IMG/VR virus record: IMGVR_UViG_3300035210_000151
Source: a virus
Lineage: Duplodnaviria > Heunggongvirae > Uroviricota > Caudoviricetes
Length of the DNA: 64,000 bases
Strand: one strand, 5' to 3'
Of the stretch, positions 59,901-64,000 are shown piece after piece. The number at the start of each line of letters is the position of its first letter. Positions within the stretch are counted from its first letter, which is position 1. Both the position numbers and the translations under genes were made by a program. The notes under the pieces were generated by a model. The model was given only the letters and a program-made list of their open reading frames with translations. It did not search any database and was not told the DNA's origin.

Positions 59901-60545
59901 ATGAAAATTCGTATTCTTTCCGCTGTTCTGTTGGCTGCATCTGTTCTGTTGGGTGGTTGCACAACAAATCCCTACTCAGGTGAAAAGCAAATGGCTAAAT
60001 CTGCCAAATATGGTACCATTGCTGCAGTAACGGGTGGTGTCATTGGTGCTCTTGTCGGTGGTGAGAAAGGTGCTTATATTGGTGCCGGTCTAGGTGCAAT
60101 GACAGGTGGTGGTTATGGCTACTACACTGATGTGCAAGAAAAGAAACTGCGTGAACAAATTCAAGCCAGTAACGCTGAAATGGAGCTGTCTCGAACCAAA
60201 GACAATCGCCTGATGATTACCATGCCGGGTGATATTTCGTTCATGTCGGGTAGTGCTGACATTAATCCATCCAATTATCAAGCTCTCACAGTAATTGCGA
60301 ATGAAGTCAGAACCAACAACATGACCATGATGATTGTGGGTCATACTGACAACACTGGATCTGTCGCATTGAATGACTCACTGTCAAAAGCTCGGGCTAA
60401 TTCAGTGGCGAGTTACATGTATGCCCAAGGCGTTCCATTTGGGGCTGTAAAAACGGAAGGTCTGTCATTCCACCAACCCGTGGCTTCGAATAGCACACCT
60501 GATGGTCGAGCTAAGAACCGCCGTGTTGAAATCATTCTGCAGTAA
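59901..60545 (+). CDS. OmpA-family lipoprotein with glycine zipper (YiaD-like)
   Basis: Lipobox LGGC, Gly zipper, GHTDNTG, LSxxRA, NRRVEI. Confidence 0.9.
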   Translation: MKIRILSAVLLAASVLLGGCTTNPYSGEKQMAKSAKYGTIAAVTGGVIGALVGGEKGAYIGAGLGAMTGGGYGYYTDVQEKKLREQIQASNAEMELSRTKDNRLMITMPGDISFMSGSADINPSNYQALTVIANEVRTNNMTMMIVGHTDNTGSVALNDSLSKARANSVASYMYAQGVPFGAVKTEGLSFHQPVASNSTPDGRAKNRRVEIILQ

Positions 60546-60603
60546 TTCATTCATTTAAAAAGCCTCTTGATAGAGGCTTTTATCATTCTTGTCGAGGTAT
60601 TAT

Positions 60604-61008
60604 ATGAAAGTGGTTAAAGAAAAAAATGGTGATATTAGTGTCATTGATGATGGCAATCCATTGGTATTCGGCTTCCGTCAGTTTTCTAAAACACGTTATT
60701 ACGATGTCCTTAAAGACCAGTTTGACTGCATTGATCAAATGCATATTGGTATGTATTATTATCTGGATGGTGGTTGCGATTATGAATTCAAAGTCGAATG
60801 GATTCTTCAAGGCAACAATGTAGCCGTCTACATTCGTCTTTTTGATGATTGTTGGAAATACATGGATGATATTCTTCCTATTATGAATATGCTCAAATCC
60901 TTTGATGGTAAAGTGCCTACACCTAATGAGTTCAAGGAGAAACTGCTTGCACTTGGTCTTAGTGATCTCAGCATGGCAATGGATACAAACAATAAAAATC
61001 AGGCTTAA
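60604..61008 (+). CDS. hypothetical protein
   Basis: GAGGT RBS before ATG at 60604. Confidence 0.7.
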   Translation: MKVVKEKNGDISVIDDGNPLVFGFRQFSKTRYYDVLKDQFDCIDQMHIGMYYYLDGGCDYEFKVEWILQGNNVAVYIRLFDDCWKYMDDILPIMNMLKSFDGKVPTPNEFKEKLLALGLSDLSMAMDTNNKNQA

Positions 61009-61083
61009 AATCACAAAAACCTTGTCCGAGAGCGGTTTCAATGCTATAATAATCACATATTCAAACACACTAGGAATTTAAAA

Positions 61084-61227
61084 ATGAACGAACTTAACCT
61101 TATCGGCATCGAAGACATTCAATTCATGTGTGATAGCTCAGACACTGCCGCACAAGATATGTTTTCTGTCAACGAACGTGAATTGATGATTGACGATCTT
61201 GAAATTGATGACCTTTGGGCTAAATAA
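61084..61227 (+). CDS. 47-aa highly acidic protein (not in ORF track)
   Basis: Promoter TTGTCC-17-TATAAT (61022-61050), AGGA RBS; MNELNLIGIEDIQFMCDSSDTAAQDMFSVNERELMIDDLEIDDLWAK. Confidence 0.65.
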   Translation: MNELNLIGIEDIQFMCDSSDTAAQDMFSVNERELMIDDLEIDDLWAK

Positions 61228-61300
61228 CAAAATTCCAGATTGCAAAAAACGCTTTGATTTGCTATAATGGCGACACCTTAAAAAGAACGGAGATTGCACC

Positions 61301-61663
61301 ATGAGCAAACTAGAATCCATCAAGCTTGTTACGTCTGACAACAAGGATACTTTCCACAACAGTGGTAAGCGTCAATTGAAAAAGCTCGCCAAATCACTCG
61401 GTTTGACCGATAAAGAGTTTGAAGTGCGTAGCTGCTATGGTGGTCCAGCCGTAGCCGGTGAAGTGATTTTGCATACTGACAAGTTCTACTTGCAGATCTT
61501 TCAAGAAATCGTTAATGCCAAGGGGCTTCGCATCATGTATCGTGATTGCAAAGGTCGCACTGACTACACGGGTGGTCCAAACCGTTACGAGCGTATTGAG
61601 AACATGTTCAGCGAACGGTTCATTGAATCGCTCAAAAAAATGCAGGCCCGTGAACTTGATTAA
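61301..61663 (+). CDS. conserved-type hypothetical protein of mobile elements
   Basis: GGPAVAGEVILH...YRxCKGRxDYTGGPN pattern; GGAG RBS. Confidence 0.75.
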   Translation: MSKLESIKLVTSDNKDTFHNSGKRQLKKLAKSLGLTDKEFEVRSCYGGPAVAGEVILHTDKFYLQIFQEIVNAKGLRIMYRDCKGRTDYTGGPNRYERIENMFSERFIESLKKMQARELD

Positions 61664-61679
61664 ATCTTGTGATTAAAAG

Positions 61680-61701
61680 AAGCCTCTTCGGAGGCTTTTT
61701 T
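61680..61701 (+). terminator. intrinsic terminator (UUCG loop)
   Basis: AAGCCTC-TTCG-GAGGCTTTTTT. Confidence 0.8.
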
Positions 61702-61756
61702 GTGCTTGAAGATTGTTGTAAAAAATGTTATTATATATCTCTAATGAGGATAAATT

Positions 61757-62734
61757 ATGCACCAAAAGAGCCGTTCCTACCAAGACATTCAAACTATTCT
61801 TACTGAACATTTCGGTGACCGTTCAATTAATGCTGGTGACGTTTCACTGGTTGGTTCCGTTTTTGGTAAAGAAGATGTCATTCATCTTATTCATGACGTG
61901 TTAAACAACCCAGAATTGCTTCATAAGGTTGCTAATCGCTCGTACACCCATGCATTAGGCTTCGATAAAATTGTCCTGATGGATTTGCGTAAGGATTCAC
62001 CTGACATCTCACAAAAGACCCAACTACGTCTTCATATTTGGAATCCTGAAAATACTGGTGCTCTCCCTATTGTAGAAGCCTTACATGAACATAGTTTTGA
62101 TTTCGTATCGACGGTTCTCACTGGTCATCTTGAAAACCAACAGTTCCTGTTGAGTCCGCTTTCTAAACGAGAAGAAGCTATTCTGGAAAAACTTCGTGTT
62201 GTTATTACCCAAATCACACCCGACGACTTGAAGTTCATCAATGACCAAATGGAAATTGTTGAAGCCTTGAAACTTTCGGGTGTGGGATCAAGTCAATTTC
62301 ATGATTTGAACATGCATGAAACCATTGATCTTGATAGAATTAATGATTTGACTGGATTCTCTTATAATGAAATATTGCTACTTTGCTCTATTGAAGGTCA
62401 TTATGTCAGCAACCGTATTTCAGGTGAGCGTCAAGCCTACAAGCATGTGCTTAAAGATTATGTCTCATTGACACCCTTCTGTGCGATGAGCCTTGATGAA
62501 GGTGATTCCTACTTCCACCCCTACCAGTTGCCGCATCGTTTGTATTATGACAACAAAATTTTGAACTCAACTATTCTGGTTACCACAGAAGTTCCCTCAA
62601 ACCCAGAAGGTGGTTCATTACAACGACCTACTTATGTTCAAAAAGATGAGCAGAGTTATGACAAGATTGTGTTAACATCTGAATCGTTATCAAAGATCTT
62701 GACTGATTACCTTGATTATTTGGGAACCCATTAA
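61757..62734 (+). CDS. cupin-fold protein with helical insert
   Basis: HALGFDKIVL, LRLHIW, HEHSFDFVSTVLTG, distal PHRL. Confidence 0.6.
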   Translation: MHQKSRSYQDIQTILTEHFGDRSINAGDVSLVGSVFGKEDVIHLIHDVLNNPELLHKVANRSYTHALGFDKIVLMDLRKDSPDISQKTQLRLHIWNPENTGALPIVEALHEHSFDFVSTVLTGHLENQQFLLSPLSKREEAILEKLRVVITQITPDDLKFINDQMEIVEALKLSGVGSSQFHDLNMHETIDLDRINDLTGFSYNEILLLCSIEGHYVSNRISGERQAYKHVLKDYVSLTPFCAMSLDEGDSYFHPYQLPHRLYYDNKILNSTILVTTEVPSNPEGGSLQRPTYVQKDEQSYDKIVLTSESLSKILTDYLDYLGTH

Positions 62735-62803
62735 GAAACATTGAAAAGTCTCCATTCTTGGAGACTTTTGTTATGGTTTGATTGAAAAGTAAATAGGAGT
62801 GTT

Positions 62804-63481
62804 ATGAGATATTGTATAAGCGATCAAGATCGAACTCACATTGACCATTTGAAATCACACATGCCAGCCATTATTGGTGATGAATTAAAAAAAGTGGTAA
62901 AGACCAGTAAGTTTGAAGATACTTATCGAAGCAGAGCTTTTAAAAAACCTGTTATTATTAACAAAAACAATCTCAGTGAAGATTCTTTATTTAAATTAAC
63001 ATTTAGAGAATTTCTTCGTATTGAAAATGGCTCAATTGTCTACACTAAAACACCGAATGATTACATTAATAAGATGATTGATAATGCTATTTTAAAATTT
63101 AATTTATTTAAATCATTTGTATACAAAGAGATAAAGACAGGCAAGCTTCATAGCCCTGATGGTTTCAATACGTTGAAGTTTGATTTAATTTTACATATAC
63201 ATGCCTATGCTGATAGCTATAGCATCATTCAATTGCAAGTTAATTCTTATTATAGCTTGTTGGTCAGGGATTATCAAAAGTTCTATATGTATATCAAAAA
63301 CAAAGAATTCGCCAATAATGCTTATATTGAAATACGCTATGACGCACAAGGCGTTGAACTATCCATTAGTAACCTTAGTCGATTCATTAAAGTGGTTGAA
63401 GAAATTTGGGAATCCCCGTTAGACTTCAATAATTTAAATATATCCGCCATGAAGGCAACGACTGAAATGTTATTGATTTAA
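62804..63481 (+). CDS. hypothetical protein, MxxI motif (variant)
   Basis: Ends KATTEMLLI; AGGAG RBS. Confidence 0.75.
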   Translation: MRYCISDQDRTHIDHLKSHMPAIIGDELKKVVKTSKFEDTYRSRAFKKPVIINKNNLSEDSLFKLTFREFLRIENGSIVYTKTPNDYINKMIDNAILKFNLFKSFVYKEIKTGKLHSPDGFNTLKFDLILHIHAYADSYSIIQLQVNSYYSLLVRDYQKFYMYIKNKEFANNAYIEIRYDAQGVELSISNLSRFIKVVEEIWESPLDFNNLNISAMKATTEMLLI

Positions 63482-63544
63482 TCGTTTGATATTAAATTTA
63501 AAAAATGTTATAATGCGAGACATTATTATTTTGAGGATATTTTG

Positions 63545-64000
63545 ATGAGAATTTTCATTTATGTTATTTTGATTTGTCTGTTGGTCTTATGCATTAGAAA
63601 AATTCGAAAAATGTTGAAAGACAGTCAAGCTATTGATCTGGATGAAGGTCGCAATCCTGTGAGTGGTGGACGTGTTATTGGCATCTTTGCGGGTGGTGCT
63701 TTGATTACAGGTCTGTGTTTGTGGTTTTTCCTGAGTATGGGGACACCCGATCTAGGATCTAAACATAATATTGAAAAATATACATTTAACAATCATGTGC
63801 TTTCTTTCGATGTCCCACAATTCAGAGCCAGTTACGAAGTTTCTTTGCCCTTGTATGTGGATATCAAACCAACTGACAAAGTAGATGTTCGATACTTTGT
63901 TGACAAGGGTCAGTTGAAAAATATTACAGGTGTGTTTGTTAATGGTCAGGCTGTTCATGATGGCAGCTATCAATTAGTTTACAAAGAAATTAAAACACAT
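63545..64000 (+). CDS. membrane protein, partial (runs off window)
   Basis: GAGGA RBS; MRIFIYVILICLL..., second TM, open frame to end. Confidence 0.7.
   Translation, partial: MRIFIYVILICLLVLCIRKIRKMLKDSQAIDLDEGRNPVSGGRVIGIFAGGALITGLCLWFFLSMGTPDLGSKHNIEKYTFNNHVLSFDVPQFRASYEVSLPLYVDIKPTDKVDVRYFVDKGQLKNITGVFVNGQAVHDGSYQLVYKEIKTH

Noticed and set aside
5497-62769. Recurrent AAGCC...GGCTT hairpins as integron attC or REP elements
   Set aside because: Short stems with T tails at gene ends fit intrinsic terminators; no RYYYAAC/GTTRRRY cores or integrase.
11137-63481. MxxI tag as a CaaX prenylation box
   Set aside because: Position -4 is Met, not Cys, so the chemistry is impossible; only the spacing is analogous.
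1-64000. CRISPR array, tRNA or rRNA genes, IS/transposase, integrase
   Set aside because: No regularly spaced repeats, cloverleaf/T-loop signatures or recombinase motifs seen by eye; a tRNAscan/Infernal run is still advisable.

Overview
AT-rich (roughly 30% GC by eye), gene-dense 64 kb segment of a large gammaproteobacterial-type mobile replicon, either a conjugative megaplasmid or a jumbo phage/phage-plasmid. No capsid, terminase, replicase, rRNA, tRNA or CRISPR was seen. About 85 short-to-medium CDSs, most of them hypothetical; many carry their own sigma70 promoter and intrinsic terminator. Recognisable genes: phosphodiester glycosidase (NAGPA-like), Dam-type methyltransferase, R2K-type ATP-grasp, tandem Pth2, FMN-binding glutamate synthase-family protein, nucleoside deoxyribosyltransferase-NUDIX fusion, Rnl2-type RNA ligase, thymidine kinase, OmpA lipoprotein and a cupin. 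Most notable signals: (1) 15 mostly unrelated proteins end in M-x-x-[I/F/V]-COOH, 14 of them with two hydrophobics just upstream; (2) an apparently split DotL/IcmO/TrbC-type coupling protein, with two Walker-degenerate ATPase bodies lacking the all-alpha domain and five tandem small genes carrying that all-alpha segment; (3) two related 8-codon minigenes, one a complete promoter-RBS-ORF-terminator unit. Family assignments come from motif recognition and recalled sequences, not from database searches.
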